Below are positions 51,186 through 63,235 of a stretch of 64,000 nt of DNA, piece by piece. Position 1 is the stretch's first letter; the number at the start of each line of letters is the position of its first letter. Under the pieces are notes generated by a model. That model saw only the letters and a list, made by a program, of their open reading frames with translations. It had not been told where the DNA came from and searched no databases. The stretch is from Anolis carolinensis. Lineage: Eukaryota. A program made the translations under genes and the position numbers. The DNA is taken from contig NW_026943826.1 of NCBI RefSeq assembly GCF_035594765.1, positions 13,309,325-13,373,324 on the forward strand, in the 5' to 3' direction.

Positions 51186-51362
51186 ATGGATGTTCTGTGG
51201 ACTCTCTCGGCCGCCGTGGTGGAGCTCCTGCTCCTCTTCATGCTCCTCCACCTGGCGTGGGTCGTCCACCACTACCTCTGCAAAGTCGAGATCCCGCACG
51301 GCATATCGGAACCTCGGAAGCTGAAGCTTGCGGTATTCTTGTTTATATGGCTGGTGTCGATG
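51186..51362 (+). CDS. AADACL3/4-like: AADACL paralog D exon 1; gene 51186-56023, 411 aa
   Basis: MDVLWTLSAAVVELLLLFMLLHLAWVVHHYLCKVEIPHGISEPRKLKL...; GTAGG donor; intron 1 only 99 nt. Confidence 0.87.
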
Positions 51363-51461
51363 GTAGGTTCGTCGCCCCGGACCTCGTTCCCGGTTTGAAA
51401 GTCTTATTCCTGCTTAATTGTGTGGCCCTGACTTGTGTCTTCCTGTCTCGTCTCAAAACAG

Positions 51462-51678
51462 GATTACGTTCTGAAGAAAATCGGCATCTTCAAGCACGAG
51501 ATGGTCCTGGTGAACCTCTTACTGGACGCGTCTCCTAGGGTCAAAGGTCCGTCCCTCTCCACCAGCGACACCCACATCGAGGGCGTCCCGGTGAGGTTGT
51601 ATCGGCCCAAACCACACCGGCTGTCGCAGAGAGGGATCGTCTTCATCCACGGAGGAGGAGGCACCAGCGGAAGCATCG
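51462..51678 (+). CDS. AADACL3/4-like: AADACL paralog D exon 2
   Basis: EGVPVRLYRPK...IVFIHGGGGTSGSI; 217 nt. Confidence 0.92.
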
Positions 51679-51751
51679 GTAAGCGTGGAGACGGGGCCAC
51701 CAAGGGATCCGTGGAAGATTCCCTCTCAAGGAATGCCATACTTCAAATATG

Positions 51752-52564
51752 NNNNNNNNNNNNNNNNNNNNNNNNNNNNNNNNNNNNNNNNNNNNNNNNN
51801 NNNNNNNNNNNNNNNNNNNNNNNNNNNNNNNNNNNNNNNNNNNNNNNNNNNNNNNNNNNNNNNNNNNNNNNNNNNNNNNNNNNNNNNNNNNNNNNNNNNN
51901 NNNNNNNNNNNNNNNNNNNNNNNNNNNNNNNNNNNNNNNNNNNNNNNNNNNNNNNNNNNNNNNNNNNNNNNNNNNNNNNNNNNNNNNNNNNNNNNNNNNN
52001 NNNNNNNNNNNNNNNNNNNNNNNNNNNNNNNNNNNNNNNNNNNNNNNNNNNNNNNNNNNNNNNNNNNNNNNNNNNNNNNNNNNNNNNNNNNNNNNNNNNN
52101 NNNNNNNNNNNNNNNNNNNNNNNNNNNNNNNNNNNNNNNNNNNNNNNNNNNNNNNNNNNNNNNNNNNNNNNNNNNNNNNNNNNNNNNNNNNNNNNNNNNN
52201 NNNNNNNNNNNNNNNNNNNNNNNNNNNNNNNNNNNNNNNNNNNNNNNNNNNNNNNNNNNNNNNNNNNNNNNNNNNNNNNNNNNNNNNNNNNNNNNNNNNN
52301 NNNNNNNNNNNNNNNNNNNNNNNNNNNNNNNNNNNNNNNNNNNNNNNNNNNNNNNNNNNNNNNNNNNNNNNNNNNNNNNNNNNNNNNNNNNNNNNNNNNN
52401 NNNNNNNNNNNNNNNNNNNNNNNNNNNNNNNNNNNNNNNNNNNNNNNNNNNNNNNNNNNNNNNNNNNNNNNNNNNNNNNNNNNNNNNNNNNNNNNNNNNN
52501 NNNNNNNNNNNNNNNNNNNNNNNNNNNNNNNNNNNNNNNNNNNNNNNNNNNNNNNNNNNNNNNN
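51752..52564. other. Assembly gap
   Basis: N run. Confidence 1.
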
Positions 52565-53043
52565 GGATCCTGTTCAGACATCTATAGCTTCCGTCCAAGG
52601 TCTAGTCATGTAACTCGGGGTTGTTCCACACCATACAACGTAGTCTTATGATAAAATACCACGTCTGCGTCCTATGGAATTCCAGGGGGTTGTATTCTGG
52701 GGAGGCAAAAATCCCAGGATCCCACAGTGGCAGTTAAAGTGGAATGGAAGTGCTATAACTTTGTAGTGTGGAAGGTTCCCCAACTATTAATAGCTTACCA
52801 GTTTATCATCAGACGTATCTAGGAAGCTGGTTCTTATGCGACGTGGGTGCATCCGTACTGTAGGATTAACATAGTTTGGCATCTCTTTAGCTGCCGTGGC
52901 TCAATGTTGTGGTTATAACTACGATGGTCCTGCCTGTCCTCATCTCGTAAACAAGACTCAAGGCAGAGTCGTATCTCGGTGAGACTCTTTGGATGAAGAA
53001 CGGGAGAAGCATTTTCAGTAATGAAAGCTATTTTCTTTTCTAG

Positions 53044-53107
53044 TTTCTTACGACGTCTTTTGCAGCTATCTCTCCAAAGAAAGTGACTCGGTGGTTTTGT
53101 CCGTTGG
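53044..53107 (+). CDS. AADACL3/4-like: AADACL paralog D exon 3
   Basis: SYDVFCSYLSKESDSVVLSVG; 64 nt. Confidence 0.9.
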
Positions 53108-53154
53108 GTAAGTAAAGATACTACAATGTCTCGTATATCACCAAGACCCTAGAA

Positions 53155-54257
53155 CAATGATGGGCAACCTTTTGCGCTTGGTGTGTCAAAATTCACCAAA
53201 AAACCTAGCATGGCTTGGGTGGTGTGTCACTTCGAGAAGAAAAAAAAACATAATTTTGCAATATGTATAGTTTAAATAATGTATAATTGTAATATATAAC
53301 TGTATTTAATAAATCAAAAACTATTGACTACCATTATTTCCATGGACAACAATCTATGGTACCTCTTGCGGTTTCCACACTAATTTCTCTCTATTCTAGT
53401 TTCAATGTAGTCATGAATAATGAATAATACAATAATATAATGGTAATAATATGATAATATACTACAATAATAATAGAATAATAATAGAATGATATAATAT
53501 ATATATATATATAAACTAGCTGTGCCCGGCCACGTGTTGCTGTGGCGAAGTCTGGTGGTCTGGGAAATAAAGTATTGAGGAATTGGTGGTAGTTAGGGTC
53601 AAGGGTAAAGGTTTTACCTTACATTAAGTCCATTATAAATGGGTTATATAGCTGTGTGGAAGGGCCTTGAGTCTACACTGCCATATAATCCAGTTCAAAT
53701 CAGAAAATATAAAATTATAAATGGGTTATATAGCTGTGTGGAAGGGCCTTGAGTCTACACTGCCATATAATCCAGTTCAAATCAGATATTCTGTATTTTA
53801 TAGGCAGTGTGGAAGAGGCCTAAGTGAGGCCTAACTCTGCCTGTCCCCTGGGCTGAGAGCGTTGCTAGGAGACCAAGTGGGCGGAGCTTAGCTTTCTAAC
53901 TGGCAGCAATTGGATAAAAACAATTATTCCTCTCCCTCTCATTAGGACTTTATTTTTGTTTTCTTTTTGTTGTATGAACGTAGAGGCATGGATGAGGGGT
54001 TGTGCTGCCAAGTTTAGTGTTTCTGGGATGTGTAGTTTTGTTGTTTTGTCCGAGGCCGAAATTTCATTACCCTTTTATATATAGAGATGTAATGTGCATA
54101 ATTCCCATGGAGTAAACAACAAAACCACTGGACCAAATCACACCAAATTTGGCCACAAAATACATAGTCATCCAATCAATCTGCATGCGGCAGCGTGTCA
54201 GCAAAAATGGCTAGGCGTGTCAGTGCTGACACGCGTGTCATAAGTTGGCCATCACTG
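53155..54257. mobile_element. Non-autonomous hAT element with nested Helitron (~53516-54087, -)
   Basis: 8-bp TSD CCCTAGAA (53147-53154, 54258-54265); TIRs caatgatgggcaac / gttggccatcactg. Confidence 0.85.
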
Positions 54258-54268
54258 CCCTAGAAGAT

Positions 54269-54500
54269 CTAATCCAGGCCCACGTAGATCAGGACTTGAT
54301 CCCACAGTGTCGGAAGGTCCGATCTCTCCACCAGTTTCTGGGTGATCATGGTGGTGTAGTTATCCCTGGTGCTGTCTCCGCTGATCTGACCCCGTAGACC
54401 TTGGATATGGATATTCAGGAGAGAGATGATACATGGAGAGCCGGAACACACGAGCAGGAAACGTTAAGCATTTGGTGTTGCTGGTTAGTAGCCAGCTGTA
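54269..54500 (-). pseudogene. Inverted decayed AADACL intron3/exon4 fragment (paralog B-like)
   Basis: GDSTRDNYTTMITQKLVERSDLPTLWDQVLIYVG versus B GDSAGGNFATMIAQKLAGRSDLPKLRAQVLIYAG; upstream caccaaatgcttaacgtttcctg matches the end of B intron 3. Confidence 0.8.
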
Positions 54501-55245
54501 ATAAATGACTACTGACCGAGAGTTTGAAGGCCGGGTCGGATTGAGTGCCCAACCATCAAATAGCCTAGCTCATTGTTTACCAAAGCAACCCGAAAGACAG
54601 TTGCATCTGTCAAGTAGGAAATTTAGGGACCGCTTTATGCGGGGAGGCTAATTTAACTAATTTACGTCACCCTAAAAATGTCCAGCAGCGTGCAAAAAAA
54701 TGAGGAAGTACTTCCATCAAGGACAGAGTCGGGGACGGAGACAGGGACGGGGACAGGGAAGCGGTACCTAAGTTTCCTACTCAAAAGATGGAACTGTCTT
54801 TTGAGCTCCTTCGGTCAACAACGAGCTAGGCTATTAAGGCTTGGGAGCTCAATCCGACCCGGGTTTCGATTGTCAGTAGTGATTTATTGCAGCTGGCCAC
54901 TAACCAGCTGCGCCACAGCCCGGATATTGCGACCATAACACTCTGTAACAGCAAAATTTGATTTTTTTTTCCTGTTGAAAGGGTTATTTCCCACTTTATT
55001 GTGCTGTACTTACTTTGAAAGTAGTTGTTACACTCGAGAAACATCATTTTTGTGGTTGCCACAAGCTAGCTAGAATAGGTTGAAACTCGAAGAGATATTC
55101 ATTGCAAAACTAGAGCAAATCTGAACCAAGAGGGCCGAATCCTATTGTCAATTCTTGTTGCGACTGACGATAAGATTCGGACCTCTTGGTTGGGATTTGT
55201 AGCACCGCCAGGCAGATGTGAACCCCTATTTTCTCGTTTCCATAG

Positions 55246-56023
55246 GTATCATCTGGTTCCTTACCAGCCCTATCCGAAGCAGTACTACCAGTGTCTGGAT
55301 GTTGCCGTGCATTTTATGAAACACGCCGAAGAGTATGGCGTTGATCCCGGCCGGGTGATCGTCTGCGGGGACAGCTTCGGAGGGCTGCTGGCGGCGTCTG
55401 TTTGCCAGATGCTCGTCCAGAAGGACGACGTCCCCAAACCACGTGCCCAGATGTTGGTCTACCCCTTTCTTCAGTCCGTCAAGCACAGCCTGCCTTCCTA
55501 TATGCAAAATGCCCATACCCCGCCCTTAGGCAGGAAGGAACTGGTGACGGCCGCCTTGAAGTACATCCAGAAAAACTTCTCCCTCCTGGAGGTGATCATC
55601 CAAGGAGACCACATCTCCAGGGAGGTGAAGGCCAAATACGACAAATGGCTGAGCAAGGAGAATCTCCCGGAAGAATTTAGGAGGAGGGAAAGCAAACCTA
55701 GAACGCCAAACGGTTTCTCCTTTGGGGAAATACAGGAGCTCATCGACCAGTTGTGTGGGCCACTCCTCTCCCCGCTCTTGGTCGATGACGCCGTCATCCG
55801 GCAGCTTCCAGACACTTTTATTTTGACCTGTCAGTTTGATGTCTTGAGAGACGACGGGGTTTTGTACAAGAAGCGCCTGGAGGACAACGGGGTCCCGGTC
55901 ACCTGGTGCCACTTCGAGGACGCCTTCCACGGATTTTTGGGCTTTCTCAACCAGAGGTTTTTGACATTTTCGAATAGCAAACAAGGAGCGGACAGCATGG
56001 TCGACTACATCAGACGTTTCTAA
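55246..56023 (+). CDS. AADACL3/4-like: AADACL paralog D exon 4
   Basis: YHLVPYQPYP...VCGDSFGG...FDVLRDD...AFHG; 778 nt to TAA. Confidence 0.93.
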
Positions 56024-56067
56024 AATAATAATAATTATTATTATTAATAATAATAATTATTATTATT

Positions 56068-56712
56068 AAAAATCAGCTGTTGACCCAAAATGCAGACTGT
56101 GCAAGGAAACCAACGAAACCATGGATCACATCCTCAGCTGCTGTAAGAAAATTGCACAGACAGACTACAAACAGAGGCACAACTATGTGGCCCAAGGGAT
56201 TCATTGGAACTTATGCCTCAAGTACCACCTGCCAGCAGGAAAGAACTGGTGGGATCACAAACCTGCAAAAGTATTGGAAAATGAGCACGCAAAGATACGG
56301 TGGGACTTCCGAATCCAGACTGACAAAGTTCTGGAACACAACACACCAGACATCACAGTTGTGGAAAAGAAAAAGGTTTGGATCATTGATGTCGCCATCC
56401 CAGGTGACAGTCACATTGATGAAAAACAACAGGAAAAACTCAGCCGCTCTCAGGACCTCAAGATTGAACTTCAAAGACTCTGGCAGAAATCAGTGCAGGT
56501 GGTCCCGGTGGTGATGGGCACATTGGGTGCCGTGCCAAAAGATCTCAGCCGGCATTTGGAAACAATAGACATTGACAAAATTACGATCTGCCAACTGCAA
56601 AAGGCCACCCGACTGGGAAAATACATCATACAGTCCTAGACACTTGGGAAGTGTTCGACTTGTGATTTTGTGATACGAAATCCAGCATATCTATCTTGTT
56701 TGCTGTGTCATA
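56068..56712 (+). mobile_element. 5'-truncated R4/Dong-clade retrotransposon directly after the paralog D stop
   Basis: DHILSCC...PDITVVE...IIDVAIP...LQKAT; (TAA)n on both sides. Confidence 0.85.
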
Positions 56713-56761
<49 letters not shown>

Positions 56762-57262
56762 TTATTTGTATTCTGCCCTATCTCCCCAAGGAAACTCAGG
56801 GCGGAGTCCAGGATACACAAACATTCAATGCCTAGAAATGTTTTGAATGGCTAGGTCCTCCGTGGTGAAGACTGTACGATCAACTTAAACATTAAATTCG
56901 CTCTCTCTCTAGGAATCCTCAGACCAACATTGAGTGGATGCTCGGGAGAACGTATTAATCGAATCTGTGAATAACACTATGTTGCACGAGTTTTGTTCCT
57001 GGGTGATAAATGTCGTTTCCTAATTAGTTCTAATTTTTTCCATCTTAGGTCTCCGGGAACAGGGACGGGGAAGGGGAAGTGGAAGGAGATGAGGAAGGGG
57101 AAGGAAGAGTAGTAGTAGTAGTAGGAGTAGGAGTATTTGTAATTTGTGCAATTACAAATCTGCCTTAGCACTTTGTGCTTTAATTCCCTTCAATAACGGT
57201 TCCGAGCCTTTGCTAGTTTTTGACACTAGTACGGTGTCATTTGTGTAGCTGAAATTACACTA

Positions 57263-57677
57263 CCCTGTTTCCCCGAAAATAAGACATCCCCAGAAAATAA
57301 GACCTAGTAGAGGTTTTGCTGAATGGCTAAATATAAGGCCTCCCCCAAAAGTAAGACCTAGCAAAGTTTTTGTTTGGAAGCATGCAGGATCGGTAAGTGT
57401 ACATACCATAGATCGTTGTACATGGAAATAAAGGTAGTAACAACAACAACAATAATAATAACTTTATTTTTATACCCTGCCCCATCTCCCCGAAGGGACT
57501 CGGGGCGGCTTACATGGGGCCTTGCCTGATAAAACAATCAAATATCAAAACACAGCAATAAAACAGTTATCAAATAAAAACATCAATTACAGTAAACACA
57601 ATCGTTAAAATTGACATAAAACATACAATATTAACACTGGAGACTAATTCATAGAACCTAGGCAAAGTGCAACAAGA

Positions 57678-57737
<60 letters not shown>

Positions 57738-57892
57738 TTTATTCTTGTATCCCACCTCCCTCTCCCAGAAGGGACTCAGGGCAGCTCACACAGGGATAAG
57801 CCCAGCAACAACATAAATTTACATACAAACAGAAATTTAAAACAGTCATTTTAAAACAGTATAGCAATCAAATATAATATAGAAAATCTTGA

Positions 57893-57923
<31 letters not shown>

Positions 57924-58343
57924 TATTTGTATACCGCCCTCTCTCCCGAAAGGGACTCAGGGCGGTTTCCAATATAAAATCAGCATAAAACATTGTACAA
58001 TAAAACACTGAAAACACTATAAAATGCTATAAGAATTAGAAACAAAAACAAAACATAACAATTGACTAAAACGATCACATGAACAAAAGGAATATAATCA
58101 CTCAAATAACATATGAATCTGAAAAGAAAAAAAGAAAAAAGACCACTGGGATGGAGGAAAGGATTCACAGTTTGGTTATGTTGTTTTGCGATGACAACTA
58201 CTGTACAGTAGATAATAAATTTTCATTTTTAAAAATTCAACCATAAATGTGGAAAAATAAGACATCCCCTGAAAATAAGACCTAGCGCATCTTTGGGAGC
58301 AAAAATTAATATAAGACACTGTCTTATTTTCGGGGAAATGGGG
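57263..58343. mobile_element. Tc1/mariner-type MITE with nested LINE 3' ends and (TAA)n
   Basis: TIRs ccctgtttccccgaaaataagac / gtcttattttcggggaaatgggg, TA TSD. Confidence 0.75.
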
Positions 58344-59932
58344 TATGTTACACGTTTTTCGTTCCTGGCTCATAAATGCCGTTTCCTAAATGGTTCTATC
58401 ATTTTAAAAAAATGGGAAAGGTTTATTAAAATGCAACAAAAACTTTGTTGCATTTTAAGGGGGCCGGGGAAAGAAGAGAAGGAGGAAGTGGAGCAGGAAG
58501 AAGAGAAGGGAAAGGAAGGAGAAGGAAGAGAAGGGGAGGCGAAGGAAGAAGATGAGCAACAAAAGGAGGAAGAGGAGGAGAGGGGGAAGGAAGGAAAAGC
58601 AGCAGGAGGAGAACAATGAAGGAGAGAAAGAGGTGAAGTAAAAAAGGATGAAACTGTCATTCGACCACTACTAATTCGACAACACCCGCCCCACACATGT
58701 CATCTTTGTTGGAGGGCGATGGTGAGACTCTGTTTGCCGTTCAGGGTGGGTTCCAAAATCATCATCCTGGTCTCACTGATCCCTCCTTCTCCAGGCTGCC
58801 TTCTCATACGGAGAATCAGCACTGGTAAACAAAACGCCGGCAGTCGAATATTCAGTTGAATTCAACGGTACTTAATCTTTATTTACATTGCTATGTACAG
58901 TAGCACTCATTAGCAATAAGTCCTAGACACATGGCAGTGTCTCCTCGGCCACGGAGCTGCTGCAAATACATTCTCCGTCCATCTTACATGAACGCTCTCG
59001 CCGACAGAAGACACTCCCTTGCATTCCACAGATCATGAAGGAAGTCCCGGTCAATCAGACTTGACCCCATTGGCCCATTGGTTCTGTGTTACATCAATCA
59101 AAGCAGGCTTCTTTTAACTCCTCCACTGCTGAAATGCCTTGCCGAAACTCATACAGAAAAACATTCCTAACAGCCAAGATTGATTTTAACATTTCACACA
59201 ATTCACAATACCCTGACAATCTTGACCCCAAAGGGATTTCCCCCATCTTCTGTCTCTGCCCACAAGTAGGATTGAGACGGAGAACTGTATGAAGTGATTT
59301 GCTCATTGCTTTCAAGGAGGATCAACGGAATTAGTTGGGCAAAATTGGGCAAGGCGCGATTTCCTTCACACAGATTCTGAAAAGGCAGGACAGTAATGGG
59401 CGGGACCTTCACCTCAAGTGTCGGATCCTGAATAGTCTTGACGTACAGTGTGGAACACAAAGCAAACAACCAAAACTAATCACACCCAGGACCTGAACTT
59501 TGAGGCTGGTCTTTCAACCCTTTATCAGATTCAAGTTCTTGGCGAGAGGCGATCCCATAGATTTTATGAGAGGAACACCTACTCGGAGAAGGAAGGGATT
59601 AGGTTTCCTAAGAGGGCTTTCTCAACGGGTTGGCCCTCATCCTGCCCATCGACGAGATCTAATTATGGGTTTCTCCTTCCTAAGCGAGCCCAACATGGTT
59701 CCAGATAAGAGGGAGTTAAACACGTCTTCATCCCACAAACAGGGAAGGATTATTATCCATGGTGCAATTGGAACAAAACACTCAGGTTTTTTGTTTTTTC
59801 CTATGATGTTGTTGTTTGCCATCACATTTGCTTAACATCCAGCTACCCTTCGAATATAAGAGACTTCTAAGAGCCTCGGTCTTTTACCCCATTAGTGGAA
59901 TAATAACAACACATTAGATATTATATATTGTA

Positions 59933-60238
59933 CTAGCTATGCCCGGCCACTCGTTGCTGTGGCAAGGACTTAATTTTTCTTTACTTTTTGTTGTATGAAC
60001 GTAGAGGCATGGATGAGAGGTTGTGCTGTCAATTTTCAAGGTTGTGGGGCGTTTAGTTTAGTTGTTTTGTCCGGTGCCATGATTCCATTACCCTTTATTA
60101 TATATAGATAGCTATGCCTGGCCACACGTTGCTGTGGCAAGGACTTAATTTTTCTTTTCTTTTTGTTGTATGAACGTAGAGGCGTGGATGAGAGGTTGTG
60201 CTGTCAATTTTCAAGGTTGTGGGGCGTTTAGTTTAGTT
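59933..60238 (-). mobile_element. Two tandem short Helitron copies
   Basis: ctagctatgcccggccac..gttgctgtggc termini repeated. Confidence 0.7.
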
Positions 60239-61041
60239 CTCACCCCGAAGGGGACTCAGAGTGGATTACAATGTACATATACATGACAGACATTCAATGC
60301 CATTATTAGACATACAACATATATAGACAGACACAGAGGCAATTTTGACATTTTCCAGCTTCCTGAGGGTATGCTCGATTCCGGCCACAAGGGGGAGCTG
60401 TTGCTTCATCGTCTCTGCTCGATTCCGGCCACAAGGGGGAGCTGATGCTTCATTGTCCACATGTGACACCGAGCCCTTGATGGTAGTACTTCCTCATTCC
60501 TTTCCTGGAAGTTATTATGGTGTCGTAAATTAGTTAAATTAGCAGTACCTAAATTTCCTACTTGACAGATGCAACTGTCTTTCAGGCTGCTTAGGTGGGC
60601 AGCGAGCCAAGCTATTAATGATCGGGAGCTCAATCCGATCTGGTCTTCGATTCCATGACCTCTCGGTCAGTAGTCATTTATTGCAGTTGGCTACTAACTA
60701 GCTACTAACCTGGCCCCTGCTGTGCTTGATGTCACGACAGCTCTCCCTTGAACTTCTCAGATAGTCTCCCATTCTTCAAGAGGAAGAGGAAGGCCAGGAT
60801 CAAAGTCTTGCCTCAGCTTTGAACCCAAATTGCTCCGTCCTTACTTGAATTTTTGGTCGAGGACTCCACCTAAACCAACGATAATTTGAGATGCGTGAGT
60901 TTTCCTGATGGACCTGAAGATTAAGGCCAAGTTTCCATAATATGACTAACATGTGGCACGACAGGCTTTTTGTCATTTTATCGCATGTAAATAAAACAGC
61001 AGAGTCCTCCCGAAACAAAAATCCCAGGGAGAGGCGAATAG

Positions 61042-61215
61042 ATGGATTGGCTCTGGGCTCTCGCGGTGTCGTGGACCGTCTTCTGCATCGGCCTCTCGCT
61101 GCTCTTCATATGGGCCGTTTCTTTCCACCTCGCCGTCACAGACATCCCTCCCGGCATCGCTCAACCCTTCAGGCTCAGAGTTTTGCACTGTCTGTTGATC
61201 ATGCTATTCGGTCTG
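61042..61215 (+). CDS. AADACL3/4-like: AADACL paralog E exon 1 (gene continues beyond window)
   Basis: MDWLWALAVSWTVFCIGLSLLFIWAVSFHLAVTDIPPGIAQPFRLRVLH...; GTAAG donor. Confidence 0.87.
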
Positions 61216-61235
61216 GTAAGTTAATATATTCCTAC

Positions 61236-61778
61236 TAGACATGTCCAAAAAATCGTTTTGAATTGTATATCGGAATTATTTCGGATTGTTCTCGCTTTTT
61301 GATACGCATTCCGAGACATTGTCTCACAGCGCAACCAGCAATGTAATTCGAACCATTTGTTGGACCATTCTCTAATTGTCTCTTAATGTTTCGTTAATTT
61401 TTTTCCCCCATAAAAATTTTTAAAATATATATTTTTAAATATTAAAAAAAATTGTTTCTGCAACCTATCTTGAACGGGAGCTTAGAGCAGCCTAACATGG
61501 CTGCCGCTCCCCGGCCAATCAGAAGCTTCTACGATGGACGCAAAGGTGGGGGCTAATGTCCTCTGCGTCCACATGGAAGATTGCCATACAAGCCCAGTGT
61601 GTAGCGATTGCGCATGCGCGTCCGCCATTTTAGAAACATTTAGAATCATTACGAATTTCCGGAAATATCTGAAATTTTTGGGTGAAAAAATCGGAAATAC
61701 TTTCTATATCGAAGCGCCAGCGCCCCCTACTTTAGAAACGAGAATTGAAACATTTTTTTCATCGATCGGACATGTCTA
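61236..61778. mobile_element. hAT MITE 20 bp into paralog E intron 1
   Basis: Perfect 8-bp TSD ATTCCTAC; TIR TAGACATGTCC. Confidence 0.9.
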
Positions 61779-62627
61779 ATTCCTACCTTGTTTCGAAGTG
61801 ATTGTCTTTCAGGAACGCGGACTCGTACAATTTTGTAGAGTTGTGCAACCAAGTCTACAATATTTTCGGAGAATTTCAAATACATAGATAGACATCCCTA
61901 TCTTGTTTCCTTATACAAATCTATAGAAATGATTGTCTTTCTGGAAAGTGGACACGTACAATGATTGTAGAGTTGTGCAACCACTTCCACAATACTTTCG
62001 GAGACTTTCAAATAGATAATTTCATGCAATTTTTTAGTCGTCTTGTGACATTTCTTTCCAACGTTGACGTTCTGTGCTGGAAATAATGTTTTCTATCTGC
62101 GTTATCATCATCGGTGTCATCTGATATCTATGTTAATTTGATTCTATGGTTAAGTCCATTTAGCTCAGTTTTCTCAACCTGGGGGTCAGGACCCTGGGAG
62201 GGGTCATGAGGGGGTCTCAGAGGGGTCACCAAAGACCATCAGGAAACACAGTATTTTCTATGGGTCATGGGGTGTCTGTGTGAGAACTATGGCCCAATTC
62301 TATCATTGGTAGGATTCAGGATGCTCTTTGATTTATAGGTGAACTATAAATCCCAGCAACTACAACTCCCAAATGACAAAATCAATCCCTCCCCCAACCC
62401 CACCAGTATTCAAATTTGGGTGGATCGGGTCTTGGTCCAGTGAATGAAAATCCATACTGCATATCAGATATTTACATGATGATTCTTAACAATAGCAAAA
62501 TTACAGTTATGAAGTACCAACAGAAGTAATTTTATGGTTGGGGGTCAACACAATATGATGAAGTGCATTAAGGGGTCACAGCATCAGGAAGGTTGATTTA
62601 GCTGACTTTGATCGTCTTTGCCCACAG

Positions 62628-62844
62628 ATCTCTATCTTAAGGAAAATGCGTCTCTCTAACGGCTACGGACTTCTACGGTTAGCCATGGATGGCATACCAG
62701 CCCGGGAAGATCCCCATCTGTCCATCAAGGATTTGGTTTTGGATGGAGTCCCCGTGAGGATGTATCAGCCGAGAAGACCCTTTGGTGGGAAAAGGAGAGG
62801 AATCTTGTACTTTCATGGTGGAATCGGGCAATTTGGAAGCGTGG
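62628..62844 (+). CDS. AADACL3/4-like: AADACL paralog E exon 2
   Basis: DGVPVRMYQPR...ILYFHGGIGQFGSV; 217 nt. Confidence 0.92.
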
Positions 62845-63171
62845 GTAAGAAAATGATACAATAATACAAAATTAGATCCTAGGTGATCGTACAATCCTAG
62901 GTGCATATCATCTGCGAAGCGAATGAAAAATGGAAAAATATCTCGATTGATTTTTCAAGGTCCTGTGAGTTATTTATCTGGGTGCCTTAAACAAAAAGAC
63001 ACACAGATAGTGCTTTTGGAAGCTCTACTAGTTGCATCTTTGTCACAAAACGCATCTTATGTGTAGGCGTCTGGACAAACGTATTATTTGGGAATATAGG
63101 AAGTGGTTGAAGAACCTGAACCTGTTGGTTTACAAAACATATTTCAACAATACCATCCATTTCTCTCCTAG

Positions 63172-63235
63172 CGGCCTATGACAGACTGTGCCGGCGCATT
63201 GCAAAGGACAGCGATTCCATCGTGATCTCAGTTGA
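63172..63235 (+). CDS. AADACL3/4-like: AADACL paralog E exon 3
   Basis: AYDRLCRRIAKDSDSIVISV(E/D); 64 nt, ctag/gtaag. Confidence 0.88.

Noticed and set aside
51435-52651. 290-390 aa ORFs in the ORF track
   Set aside because: Artefacts of the N gap; an extra exon in the gap is unnecessary because exons 2 and 3 join in frame
58293-58696. Glu/Lys-rich ORF
   Set aside because: Purine-rich low-complexity tract with no splice or homology support
58707-59170. Possible solo LTR (TG...CA, minus-strand AATAAA)
   Set aside because: No target-site duplication or second copy found
24179-63235. Assigning specific AADACL3 versus AADACL4 orthology to paralogs A-E
   Set aside because: Needs a phylogeny; only family-level identity is supportable from the sequence
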